Positions 55,967 to 64,000 of a DNA stretch of 64,000 nt are shown here, in pieces. The translations under genes were made by a program, and so were the position numbers. Position 1 is the first letter of the stretch. Every line of letters begins with the position of its first letter. Source of the DNA: Methylotenera sp. (GTDB lineage Bacteria; Pseudomonadota; Gammaproteobacteria; Burkholderiales; Methylophilaceae); the NCBI GenBank assembly GCA_031381645.1, contig JANMYB010000044.1, positions 8,842 to 72,841 on the forward strand, given 5' to 3'. The notes under the pieces were generated by a model. The model saw only the letters and a list, made by a program, of their open reading frames with translations. It had not been told where the DNA came from and did no database searches.

Positions 55967-56713
55967 TTAAAGGTTCAAACTTCTGCCGCCATCCACCGCC
56001 AGTACATGTCCTGTAATAAACGGTGCATCGGCGACCAAAAACTTTACCGCTTTGGCAATGTCACTAGCTTCACCGACGCGTTTCAGCAAGGTTTGCGAAA
56101 TCACGCGTTGGCGATACACTTCGTCAAATTGCGGGTTATTTTCTGGCCATTGCACTGGCCCTGGCGCGACTGCATTCACCCGCACTTCGGGGCTAAGCTC
56201 TTGCGCGAGCGATTTTGTGAGCGTCACTAACCCCGCTTTGGCCACGCTGTAAACCACATAACTTTTCTTCGGACGTTCAATATGCATATCGGTAATATTA
56301 ATAATACAGCCGTGGTTTTTGCGCAACTCTGCCGCCGCTGCTTGCGCCAAAAACATCGGCGCTTTCAGGTTGCTGCCCATTAAATCTTGCCAATTTTCCT
56401 CGTTAATGTGACCTATTTCAGTCGGGTAATAAGTAGATGCGTTATTAATTAGCACATCTAAACGAGTAAATTGATTTATGGTTTCGTGTACCAAGCTTGG
56501 CAACACCGCAATATTGAGTAAGTCGCCCTGGGTAATCGCCACAGAATTAGCACGTTGCAAATTAAGTTCGGCCTGCAAAGCGCGCGCTTCCTTAATGCTG
56601 GTATTGTAATGAATCATCAAATTAGCGCCGTTAGTATGTAGCTCACGACAAATCGCCGCACCCACGCGCTTGGCGCCGCCAGTAATTAACACGACTTTAT
56701 TAGTTAGGTTCAC
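55967..56713 (-). CDS. Short-chain dehydrogenase, pteridine reductase (FolM)-like
   Basis: TGGAKRVG cofactor motif and YSVAK catalytic motif. Confidence 0.8.
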   Translation of the reverse strand: MNLTNKVVLITGGAKRVGAAICRELHTNGANLMIHYNTSIKEARALQAELNLQRANSVAITQGDLLNIAVLPSLVHETINQFTRLDVLINNASTYYPTEIGHINEENWQDLMGSNLKAPMFLAQAAAAELRKNHGCIINITDMHIERPKKSYVVYSVAKAGLVTLTKSLAQELSPEVRVNAVAPGPVQWPENNPQFDEVYRQRVISQTLLKRVGEASDIAKAVKFLVADAPFITGHVLAVDGGRSLNL

Positions 56714-56752
56714 AATTTGCTCATTTCCATAGTGCCGACATTATAATAGCGA

Positions 56753-57958
56753 ATGGCATCTCTTCCTATTCCCTCACCCGAGGCGCAAGCGCAAAGCGCG
56801 CAGCTTGCCACTTTAATTCGCGCAAAAATCGCACAAGCGGGCGGTTGGATCTCATTTGCAGAGTTTATGCACATGGCGCTTTACACGCCAGGTTTGGGCT
56901 ATTACGCGGGCGGCGCGAAAAAATTTGGGCAAGGTGGAGATTTTGTCACCGCGCCAGAAATTTCACCGTTATTTGCACAAACACTTGCCCGTCAATATGC
57001 ACAGCTGGAAGCCGCATGGGTATTGGATTGCAGGGCAGATGTTTTAGGCTTTAATATCTTAGAACTTGGCGCCGGAACGGGTAAATTGGCAGCAGATTTA
57101 TTGCTGGAATTAAATGATTTAAACCAACTGCCAAAGCAGTATTTTATTCTGGAAGTGAGTGATTACTTACGCCAAATTCAGTGCGAAACCTTGCAGAAAA
57201 AATTATCAGCAGAATTGTTTAAGCGCTTAGTTTGGCTGGAAACTTTGCCAACCACATTCAATGGTTTGATTTTGGGCAACGAAGTGTTGGACGCTATTCC
57301 TGTGCATATTTTGCACAAAACTCAACTAGATAATAATAAAGTCGGCTGGCGCGAGCGCGGCGTAGGTTTTCAAATGAATTTAGACGAAAAGTTTGAATTT
57401 ATTTGGCAAGATAGTGATTTAAGTGCGCCAAATTTAGCGCAACATTTGCCAGAAACGTTACCCGAAAATTATATTACAGAAGTCTGTCCAGCCTCGTCTG
57501 CATTGGTTTATAGCCTTGCCGAAACGTTAGAAGCTGGCGCGATTTTGCTCATCGATTATGGTTTCGGCAAGAAAGAATATCATCATCCGCAACGCAGTCA
57601 AGGCACCCTCATGTGTCATTATCAACACTTGGTGCATAGCAATCCGCTCATTAATATTGGGCTGCAAGACATTACTGCGCATGTGAATTTTACACAAATA
57701 GCACTAGCCTGTGAGCCAATATCCATGAAGATTGCAGGCTACGTCAATCAAACCCAGTTTTTAATGAATTGCGGTATTTTGGATATTCTCGCGCAGCACT
57801 CACCCGATTCGCCGCAATTTATGCAGCTAGCCGCAGCGGCGCAAAAATACTTATCTCCAGCCGAAATGGGTGAGTTGTTTAAGGTGATTGCTTTCACCAA
57901 AAATGTTGAGCTAGATTTAATTGGCTTTAAAAGTGGCGATAAAACACATACTTTGTAA
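56753..57958 (+). CDS. SAM-dependent methyltransferase, DUF185/MidA (NDUFAF7-like) family
   Basis: GDFVTAPEIS and ELGAGTG motifs. Confidence 0.8.
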   Translation: MASLPIPSPEAQAQSAQLATLIRAKIAQAGGWISFAEFMHMALYTPGLGYYAGGAKKFGQGGDFVTAPEISPLFAQTLARQYAQLEAAWVLDCRADVLGFNILELGAGTGKLAADLLLELNDLNQLPKQYFILEVSDYLRQIQCETLQKKLSAELFKRLVWLETLPTTFNGLILGNEVLDAIPVHILHKTQLDNNKVGWRERGVGFQMNLDEKFEFIWQDSDLSAPNLAQHLPETLPENYITEVCPASSALVYSLAETLEAGAILLIDYGFGKKEYHHPQRSQGTLMCHYQHLVHSNPLINIGLQDITAHVNFTQIALACEPISMKIAGYVNQTQFLMNCGILDILAQHSPDSPQFMQLAAAAQKYLSPAEMGELFKVIAFTKNVELDLIGFKSGDKTHTL

Positions 57959-57974
57959 CGTATAATCCCGCGCC

Positions 57975-58664
57975 ATGACTGAAACTGAAGATATTAAATA
58001 TCGCCGCATTCGTAGTTTTGTGTTGCGCCAAGGTAGGCTGACTAGAGGCCAAGAGCGCGCATTAGAAACTATTTGGCCACAATTTGGTATTGATTACTCA
58101 GAAAATCTGCTAGATTTAAGCCAAGTTTTTAGTAGAAAAGACTCTAAAAAAATCCTTGAAATTGGTTTTGGCATGGGTGAAAGTACCGCTAAAATTGCCC
58201 AAGCTTTGCCTGACTGCGACTTTTTGGCAGTAGAGGTGCATACACCTGGCGTTGGTGCTTTACTTAAGCTTATCGAGGAGCAAGCGCTCACTAATATCCG
58301 CATAATTCAGCATGATGTCGTAGAAGTTTTGCAAAATATGCTGACTGACGAAAGTTTGGATGGTGTGCATATTTTCTTCCCAGATCCGTGGCATAAAAAG
58401 CGTCATCATAAGCGCCGCTTGATTCAAGCCGAGTTTGTAAAATTGCTGTGCAGAAAGCTCAAAACTGGCAGCTATTTACACGTGGCGACTGATTGGCAGG
58501 AATATGCAGAATGGGTTTTAGAGGTTTTAAATGCTGAGCTGCAGCTGCAAAATACGGCTAAAGATTATGCAGAAAAACCAAGCTACCGACCACTGACTAA
58601 GTTTGAAAATCGTGGAGTAAAGCTAGGCCACGGTGTTTGGGATTTAGTTTTTATCCGTAAATAA
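57975..58664 (+). CDS. trmB: tRNA (guanine-N7)-methyltransferase
   Basis: EIGFGMG and [14 protein letters not shown] motifs. Confidence 0.92.
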   Translation: MTETEDIKYRRIRSFVLRQGRLTRGQERALETIWPQFGIDYSENLLDLSQVFSRKDSKKILEIGFGMGESTAKIAQALPDCDFLAVEVHTPGVGALLKLIEEQALTNIRIIQHDVVEVLQNMLTDESLDGVHIFFPDPWHKKRHHKRRLIQAEFVKLLCRKLKTGSYLHVATDWQEYAEWVLEVLNAELQLQNTAKDYAEKPSYRPLTKFENRGVKLGHGVWDLVFIRK

Positions 58665-59249
58665 CCACGCACCAATAATTTTCTCCGCCTCTTCCACGCC
58701 CAGTTTTTTAGAGCTAGAAAATAATTGCACGGTACAACTTTCGCCCCAAGTTGCCAGAAGCTCTTTGCGCACCTTAGCTAGTGTTAAGCTCGCTTCGCCG
58801 CGCGACAATTTGTCAGATTTTGTTAGCAACACATGCACAGGTTTACCGCTCGGGCAAAACCAATCCAACATTTGTTTGTCTAGCGGTTGTAGCGGGTGGC
58901 GGCTATCCATTACCAATACTAAGCCGCCTAGGCTTGTGCGCTCACTTAAATAGCGAGCCAACACGCTTTGCCAATGCGCGCGCATGGCTTCCGGTACTTT
59001 GGCGTAGCCATAGCCTGGTAAATCCACCAAGTGCCTATCGTTACCTAACGTGAAAAAGTTAATCAGTTGTGTGCGGCCAGGTTGTTTGCTGACGTAAGCC
59101 AAGCGATTATGGTTAGCGAGTGTGTTAAGCGCGCTAGACTTACCTGCATTAGAGCGCCCTGCAAAGGCGACTTCAATTCCCGAAGCAGGCGGTAAATCGC
59201 GCAAGTGATGAGCGGAAATAAAAAAAGTAGCGTTTTGAAACAAAGGCAT
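58644..59249 (-). CDS. engB: Ribosome biogenesis GTP-binding protein YihA/EngB
   Basis: [10 protein letters not shown]1 motif, DLPGYG G3 motif, TKSDK G4 motif. Confidence 0.9.
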   Translation of the reverse strand: MPLFQNATFFISAHHLRDLPPASGIEVAFAGRSNAGKSSALNTLANHNRLAYVSKQPGRTQLINFFTLGNDRHLVDLPGYGYAKVPEAMRAHWQSVLARYLSERTSLGGLVLVMDSRHPLQPLDKQMLDWFCPSGKPVHVLLTKSDKLSRGEASLTLAKVRKELLATWGESCTVQLFSSSKKLGVEEAEKIIGAWLFTDKN

Positions 59250-59362
59250 TTAATTCTCTCAAATTCAAGTTTTAACAGTGTTGGCTTTATGCTTAAATGT
59301 ATCATGAACAGGTAATGTTTGATAAAATATTAGGATAATTAAATAGTTAGGAAAAATTTTCA

Positions 59363-59998
59363 ATGATTAAGCAATTGAGTTTTGTAGCTCTGGTGATGTT
59401 GAGTTTGTTGATTTCATCTGCGTTTGCAGCGAATGATGAGGTTAAAAAAGTGCCGCCTACAACAGTAAAAAGCGCGGCAGAAAATACAGTACAAACGGTC
59501 TGTGCTGCTTGTCACGGTGCGGATGGTAACAGTGCAATCGCGCTGAACCCAAAACTGGCTGGGCAACATCCAGAATATTTGTTGAAGCAGCTCAATAACT
59601 TTAAGGAAGGTAAGCGTGCAAACGCGGTGATGGCACCAATGGTGGCTAATTTAAGCGCGGTTGAGATGAAAGATTTAGCCACTTATTTTGCGAGTCAAAA
59701 AATTTCTTTAGGAAAAGCAAAAAGCAACGGCGTAGGTTCGTTGGGCGAAAAAATTTATCGTGGAGGCGTCGCTACAAGTGGTGTGCCTGCTTGCGCTTCG
59801 TGTCATGGCGCAAATGGCGCAGGTATTCCTAAGCAGTTCCCGCGTTTGGCTGCGCAACATGCAGATTACTCGCTAGCGCAAATGCGTGCATTTCGCTTAG
59901 GCGAACGTGCTAACGCGCCGATGATGATGGTGATTGCCGCAAAAATGACCGATGCAGAGATGCAGGCGGTATCAGACTATATGCAAGGCTTACGCTAG
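59363..59998 (+). CDS. Dihaem cytochrome c4
   Basis: Signal peptide and two CxxCH motifs (CAACH, CASCH). Confidence 0.88.
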   Translation: MIKQLSFVALVMLSLLISSAFAANDEVKKVPPTTVKSAAENTVQTVCAACHGADGNSAIALNPKLAGQHPEYLLKQLNNFKEGKRANAVMAPMVANLSAVEMKDLATYFASQKISLGKAKSNGVGSLGEKIYRGGVATSGVPACASCHGANGAGIPKQFPRLAAQHADYSLAQMRAFRLGERANAPMMMVIAAKMTDAEMQAVSDYMQGLR

Positions 59999-61707
59999 AG
60001 CTTCTTGATTGGGTGTAGTTCAACTCTAAAGCACACTGCGCCATTTACATTGCTGGCTAAACTCAAGCCGTAGCCAGCCTGTTTGCTGTCTTGCGCGGCA
60101 TGAAATAAACCAACGCCTAAGCCATTGGGTGATGCGATATGTTTTTTAAATAAATTGCTGGCAATAGCGCCATCCATGGCCTTGCCAGTATCGGTTACAT
60201 CAATACAGAAGCTACTTTCAGCGTCATCGTACATTTCTACTTTAATTAATGTATCGGGCTGATATTTAGCTTTTTCAAGCGCATTGTTCAACAAATTATC
60301 CAAGACACTATCTAGCACTTCAGCATTAATTTCTTCTGTTGGTAATTTGTTCGCTATAAATTCAATGTCGTGTTGATTGTGGCGTAGTTGCAAGTTTTTC
60401 CACCAAGCGGACATTTTTTCGAGGCGCTTTTTCTCTTCGCTAGGTGCTTTAAGTTTATCCAGCGTTGTGGCGATGCGCTGGTTAAGCACGGGTAATTGCT
60501 TGCGAATAAGCTGCAATAATGCTTCATCATCTTTCTTGTTGCTTTGCTCTGCAGCAGATACCAGTGTCCCTACTGATTGTAAAATATTTTTAATGTCGTG
60601 CGTAAGGCGCGATCCTGTCTCGTAAAATGCCTGCATATAAGCGTTCTGGCGCAAGGTTTCCTCACGGCGTTTGGCCTCGTAAAATTCGCCCATAATTTGT
60701 GTGAGCAGTTTTACGTGCACATACAGCGCGGGCGAAATTTGCCAGCGTGAATGCATAGTCACGTGCAGGTCTTTAAAATTAAAATTGGTGGAATGATTAG
60801 AGGTTTCGCCAACCTTGCCTTGCGATTCATCGGCTAACCAAGTTACGCCAGACACCCAAGGCAATGCGGTCATCTCGTGCATAGCAGCCTGAATAAAACC
60901 ATTAGGAGTAGATTCTATTTCACCCATCGCGGCAATATTCCTCACCCATTTTTCAAATGGCATACCAATACTTAATAAGTAACGCGACATTAAAAGCTCA
61001 ATGCCTGAAAAGCGTGTGTTTGGCTTCCAAAAAAAACTAAAAATAATCAGCCCGAAAGCCAAGCCAAATATCGTCATAAATAGAACTTGCACATAATTAA
61101 TGGCTTGTATCGTACCAATAGCATAACTAGAAAGCGCTAGAATAAACGCCATCATCATTAGTAATAAGGTATAGAAAAAATCTAATATGGGTAATTGGCC
61201 AGCACTTGGTGCCTGAGTGCGAATAAATAAAATAGCCAGTGGCAACAGTGGCGCTAAGTAGCGAATAACAAAGTTGGCCGCCTCTAAATCATTGTTTGCG
61301 CTTAGTAGTTTGGGCACAACCCAAAGCAAGAGCATGGTCAATAGGTAGCTGGCTGCAAGTATGTGAACGATTCGATTCGATTTAGAATCATCAGAGAAAA
61401 TGCGTCCGCCCAAGAGACCGAACAAAATAGATAGCCAAATCGCACTAAGCCACCAGTTCATATAAAAATAGGCGATGAAACCAACACCCAAGAATAGCAC
61501 TATAGCTGTTTTAGTGAGTTTTTCTGTGCTGCGCCATATTGGCTGCCACATTAAAAACAAACCATAATGGCACATAAAAAATGCACGTTGCAGTTGGGTA
61601 GCACCATCACCCCAAATTAAAAAGGCATGCAAGGCTAGTAGCATTAACGCCAGTATGCGTTGCGAATTGGCGGCTAGAAGTTGATTAATTTTAGTGAAGT
61701 TAAGCAT
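59995..61707 (-). CDS. Polytopic membrane sensor histidine kinase with no adjacent response regulator
   Basis: About 9 TM helices, H-box LTHDIKN, and a HATPase N/G-box at the C-terminus. Confidence 0.8.
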   Translation of the reverse strand: MLNFTKINQLLAANSQRILALMLLALHAFLIWGDGATQLQRAFFMCHYGLFLMWQPIWRSTEKLTKTAIVLFLGVGFIAYFYMNWWLSAIWLSILFGLLGGRIFSDDSKSNRIVHILAASYLLTMLLLWVVPKLLSANNDLEAANFVIRYLAPLLPLAILFIRTQAPSAGQLPILDFFYTLLLMMMAFILALSSYAIGTIQAINYVQVLFMTIFGLAFGLIIFSFFWKPNTRFSGIELLMSRYLLSIGMPFEKWVRNIAAMGEIESTPNGFIQAAMHEMTALPWVSGVTWLADESQGKVGETSNHSTNFNFKDLHVTMHSRWQISPALYVHVKLLTQIMGEFYEAKRREETLRQNAYMQAFYETGSRLTHDIKNILQSVGTLVSAAEQSNKKDDEALLQLIRKQLPVLNQRIATTLDKLKAPSEEKKRLEKMSAWWKNLQLRHNQHDIEFIANKLPTEEINAEVLDSVLDNLLNNALEKAKYQPDTLIKVEMYDDAESSFCIDVTDTGKAMDGAIASNLFKKHIASPNGLGVGLFHAAQDSKQAGYGLSLASNVNGAVCFRVELHPIKKL

Positions 61708-61767
61708 GGATTTGGCGCTCGTTATAATTGGGCATAAGCATAATATAAAAAATGGGCTAAAAATAGG

Positions 61768-61783
61768 GTGTCAATAATCTGTC
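61768..61783 (+). promoter_or_regulatory. Possible PilR-type enhancer repeats (GTGTC-N6-CTGTC)
   Basis: Two (C/G)TGTC motifs 11 nt apart, about 90-100 nt upstream of the sigma-54 promoter. Confidence 0.3.
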
Positions 61784-61868
61784 ACAAACGATGAAATTTC
61801 ATCTTTATTTTATTTATAATTGTTAGTAAATTTAGTACAACACCGTTATAAATAAGGTTTTACTTGCT

Positions 61869-61884
61869 TGGCACGACATTTGCA
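61869..61884 (+). promoter_or_regulatory. Sigma-54 (-24/-12) promoter
   Basis: TGGCAC-GACAT-TTGCA, an exact match to TGGCAC-N5-TTGCW, 69 nt upstream of the pilin-like gene ATG. Confidence 0.7.
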
Positions 61885-61952
61885 TACTCTTGGTTAAGTG
61901 TGACCAAACTAACTAAAATTGTCACAATAACTATTGGTAAAGGATACCACAA

Positions 61953-62600
61953 ATGAACAAACAAACAGGGTTTACGCTTATCGAGTTGGCGATTGTGCTG
62001 GTGATTATAGGCCTGTTGCTGGGTGGCGTATTGAGGGGGCAAGAGCTGATTAATAGTGCCAAGGTTAAAAACATGGCGCGCGACTTCCAAAATGTACAAG
62101 TATATATTTATGGCTATCAAGATAAATTTAAGGCATTGCCAGGCGATGATCATTCAGCAGCGGCTCATATAAATGGCACAAACCCTGCAAATGGCACCCA
62201 AAATGGTGTTATAGAGGGCGCTTGGAACACAGCCACTAATGCTGATGAGTCATGTGCATTTTGGCAGCATGTTCGCCTTGCGGGTTTGGCACCTGGAGCA
62301 ACCGCAATAAGCTGTGTAGCAGGTAACACTTATCAGCCTCGAAATGCTGATGGAGGCTTAGTTGGTGTGCAAAGTGCGTCTACATTAGCTACAATTACTG
62401 GAATGACTGGCGCGTATGCTATTTGTTCTGATGCGATTTTAGGTACTTTTGCAACTCAACTAGACACCACTTTGGATGATGGTGAAACATCAACAGGTTC
62501 AGTTAGGGCAATTACTACTGGTACTACTGGTGCTGGTATGACAACAGCTGCTGTTAATGCGGCGCCATCGGCTAGATATACAGTTTGTATGACCATCTAA
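61953..62600 (+). CDS. Prepilin-type N-terminal cleavage/methylation domain protein (type IV pilin-like)
   Basis: MNKQTG|FTLIELAIVLVIIGLL class III signal with Glu+5. Confidence 0.8.
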   Translation: MNKQTGFTLIELAIVLVIIGLLLGGVLRGQELINSAKVKNMARDFQNVQVYIYGYQDKFKALPGDDHSAAAHINGTNPANGTQNGVIEGAWNTATNADESCAFWQHVRLAGLAPGATAISCVAGNTYQPRNADGGLVGVQSASTLATITGMTGAYAICSDAILGTFATQLDTTLDDGETSTGSVRAITTGTTGAGMTTAAVNAAPSARYTVCMTI

Positions 62601-62620
62601 GTAATAAATGGATAAAACAA

Positions 62621-62649
62621 AAAGCCCGCCTTGTGCGGGCTTTTGTTTT
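62621..62649 (+). terminator. Rho-independent terminator
   Basis: GCCCGC-CTTGT-GCGGGC followed by TTTTGTTTT. Confidence 0.7.
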
Positions 62650-62722
62650 GGGTAACCCATCTTAGCTATTGCTTGTTGTGTGTTTTGATTTAGAATAGTT
62701 GCAAAATTAGAATGCACAACAA

Positions 62723-63574
62723 ATGACTCCAAGTAACGTTACAAATAGCATTGTCGAAATTGACAATCTCTCCTTTGGCTACAAAGGCCGCATGTTGCAT
62801 CAGGGCATCAATATGGTGTTTCCGCGCGGCAAAGTGGTAGCTATTATGGGCGGTAGCGGTAGTGGCAAAACCACGTTGTTGCGCCTCATTGGCGGGCAGA
62901 TTAAGCCCAACAAAGGCGAGGTGCGCGTGGATGGTCAAGTAGTGCACAAGCAAAGTCGTGAGGGCATGTACCAATTACGCCGCAAAATGGGTATGTTGTT
63001 TCAGCACGGGGCGCTCTTCACCGATTTGTCGGTGTATGAAAATGTCGCTTTCCCCATGCGCGAGCTTACCGATTTGCCCAATAGCATGATTCATGATTTG
63101 GTGTTGATGAAGTTACAAGCAGTCGGTTTGCGCGGTGCATATAGATTGATGCCAACAGAGCTTTCTGGCGGCATGGCGCGGCGCGTGGCTTTGGCGCGCG
63201 CCATCGCGCTAGACCCGGATATTGTGATGTACGACGAGCCTTTTGCGGGACTAGACCCAATCTCCATGGGCGTAATTTGTAGTTTAATTCGCACCTTAAA
63301 CGACGCACTTGGCGCGACTTCGATTATTGTTTCGCACGACGTTAAAGAAACTTTTTTAATTGCAGATTATGTTTATTTTGTAGCTAGTGGTGTGGTGGCT
63401 GCAGAAGGCACGCCTGAAGATTTGAGTAAATCTAGCTTGCCATTTGTACATCAGTTTGTACACGGTGATAAAGATGGTCCAGTGCCGTTTCATTATGCTG
63501 CAGGCGATTACAAACAAGATTTGCTGGGTGTTGAAGATAACAAGCGGCCAGAAAATAAAAGGCGTGTAGCATGA
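62723..63574 (+). CDS. mlaF: Phospholipid ABC transporter ATP-binding protein MlaF
   Basis: GGSGSGKTT Walker A and LSGGMARRVALAR signature. Followed by mlaE. Confidence 0.9.
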   Translation: MTPSNVTNSIVEIDNLSFGYKGRMLHQGINMVFPRGKVVAIMGGSGSGKTTLLRLIGGQIKPNKGEVRVDGQVVHKQSREGMYQLRRKMGMLFQHGALFTDLSVYENVAFPMRELTDLPNSMIHDLVLMKLQAVGLRGAYRLMPTELSGGMARRVALARAIALDPDIVMYDEPFAGLDPISMGVICSLIRTLNDALGATSIIVSHDVKETFLIADYVYFVASGVVAAEGTPEDLSKSSLPFVHQFVHGDKDGPVPFHYAAGDYKQDLLGVEDNKRPENKRRVA

Positions 63575-64000
63575 TAAAGCGCTCTCGTCTTCGTATATTT
63601 CGCAATATTGGCCATCGTTTTACCAAGCGCATATGGCGCCTAGGCGCGGGCGCAAGATTATTTTGGTTAACGCTAATTTCGTCTGGCGAAAGCTTGCGCA
63701 GACCAAGCTTGGTGGTGCGCGAAGTGTATTTCACGGGCGTGATGTCGCTCATTATTATTATTGTTTCCGCGTTTTTTGTGGGCATGGTGTTGGCATTGCA
63801 AGGTTATAACACGCTGCAAAAATATGGCTCATCAGAAGCCATTGGCGTGCTCGTGGCGCTAGCACTGGTGCGCGAGTTGGGGCCTGTTGTCACTGCCTTA
63901 CTATTCGCGGGTCGCGCAGGCACGGCGATTACAGCTGAAATTGGTTTAATGAAGGCCACCGAGCAACTCTCTGCCATGGAGATGATGGCGGTTAGTCCAA
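63571..64000 (+). CDS. mlaE: MlaE permease, N-terminal part (continues beyond the window)
   Basis: ATGA overlap with mlaF. Translation ..VREVYFTGVMSLIIIIVSAFFVGMVLALQGY..GPVVTALLFAGRAGTAITAEIG.. Not in the ORF track because it is open at the window edge. Confidence 0.85.
   Translation, partial: MIKRSRLRIFRNIGHRFTKRIWRLGAGARLFWLTLISSGESLRRPSLVVREVYFTGVMSLIIIIVSAFFVGMVLALQGYNTLQKYGSSEAIGVLVALALVRELGPVVTALLFAGRAGTAITAEIGLMKATEQLSAMEMMAVSP

Noticed and set aside
61860-62153. 97-aa minus-strand ORF spanning the pilin gene start and its sigma-54 promoter.
   Set aside because: It overlaps a well-supported promoter and prepilin gene. It has no independent support.

Overview
This 64-kb window looks like a betaproteobacterial chromosome; gene order resembles Methylophilaceae/Nitrosomonadales, but that assignment is inference only. 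Most of it is core housekeeping sequence:
- the rpoN neighbourhood (kdsD-kdsC-lptC-lptA-lptB-rpoN-hpf-hprK-rapZ followed by EIIA-Man/HPr/EI)
- purM, an RND efflux pair, ampD, and a PilS/PilR-like sigma-54 two-component system
- an ECF sigma module, lptF/lptG, pepA-holC, topA, ttcA, trmB, engB, cytochrome c4 and mlaFE

Three accessory insertions stand out.
1. Two tandem integron-type gene cassettes with attC sites but no integrase (12152-13682). They carry a possible PARP-like ADP-ribosyltransferase and a membrane-anchored T5orf172/GIY-YIG-like protein.
2. An AT-rich CPBP-like membrane protein gene flanked by a duplicated moaC 3' end (15349-16535).
3. A complete type II-C tracrRNA-cas9-cas1-cas2 locus (50979-55959) whose CRISPR array is a single repeat with no spacers. 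The predicted tracrRNA promoter straddles the cas9 start codon.

Smaller observations:
- a three-member family of conserved terminator-like hairpins
- a sigma-54 promoter with PilR-type TGTC repeats upstream of a pilin-like gene
- a doubly operator-flanked promoter driving a small secreted Gly/Arg/Asp/His-rich protein

I recognised no rRNA, tRNA, transposase or integrase gene by eye. All functional calls rest on motif recognition in the translated ORFs; no database search was run.
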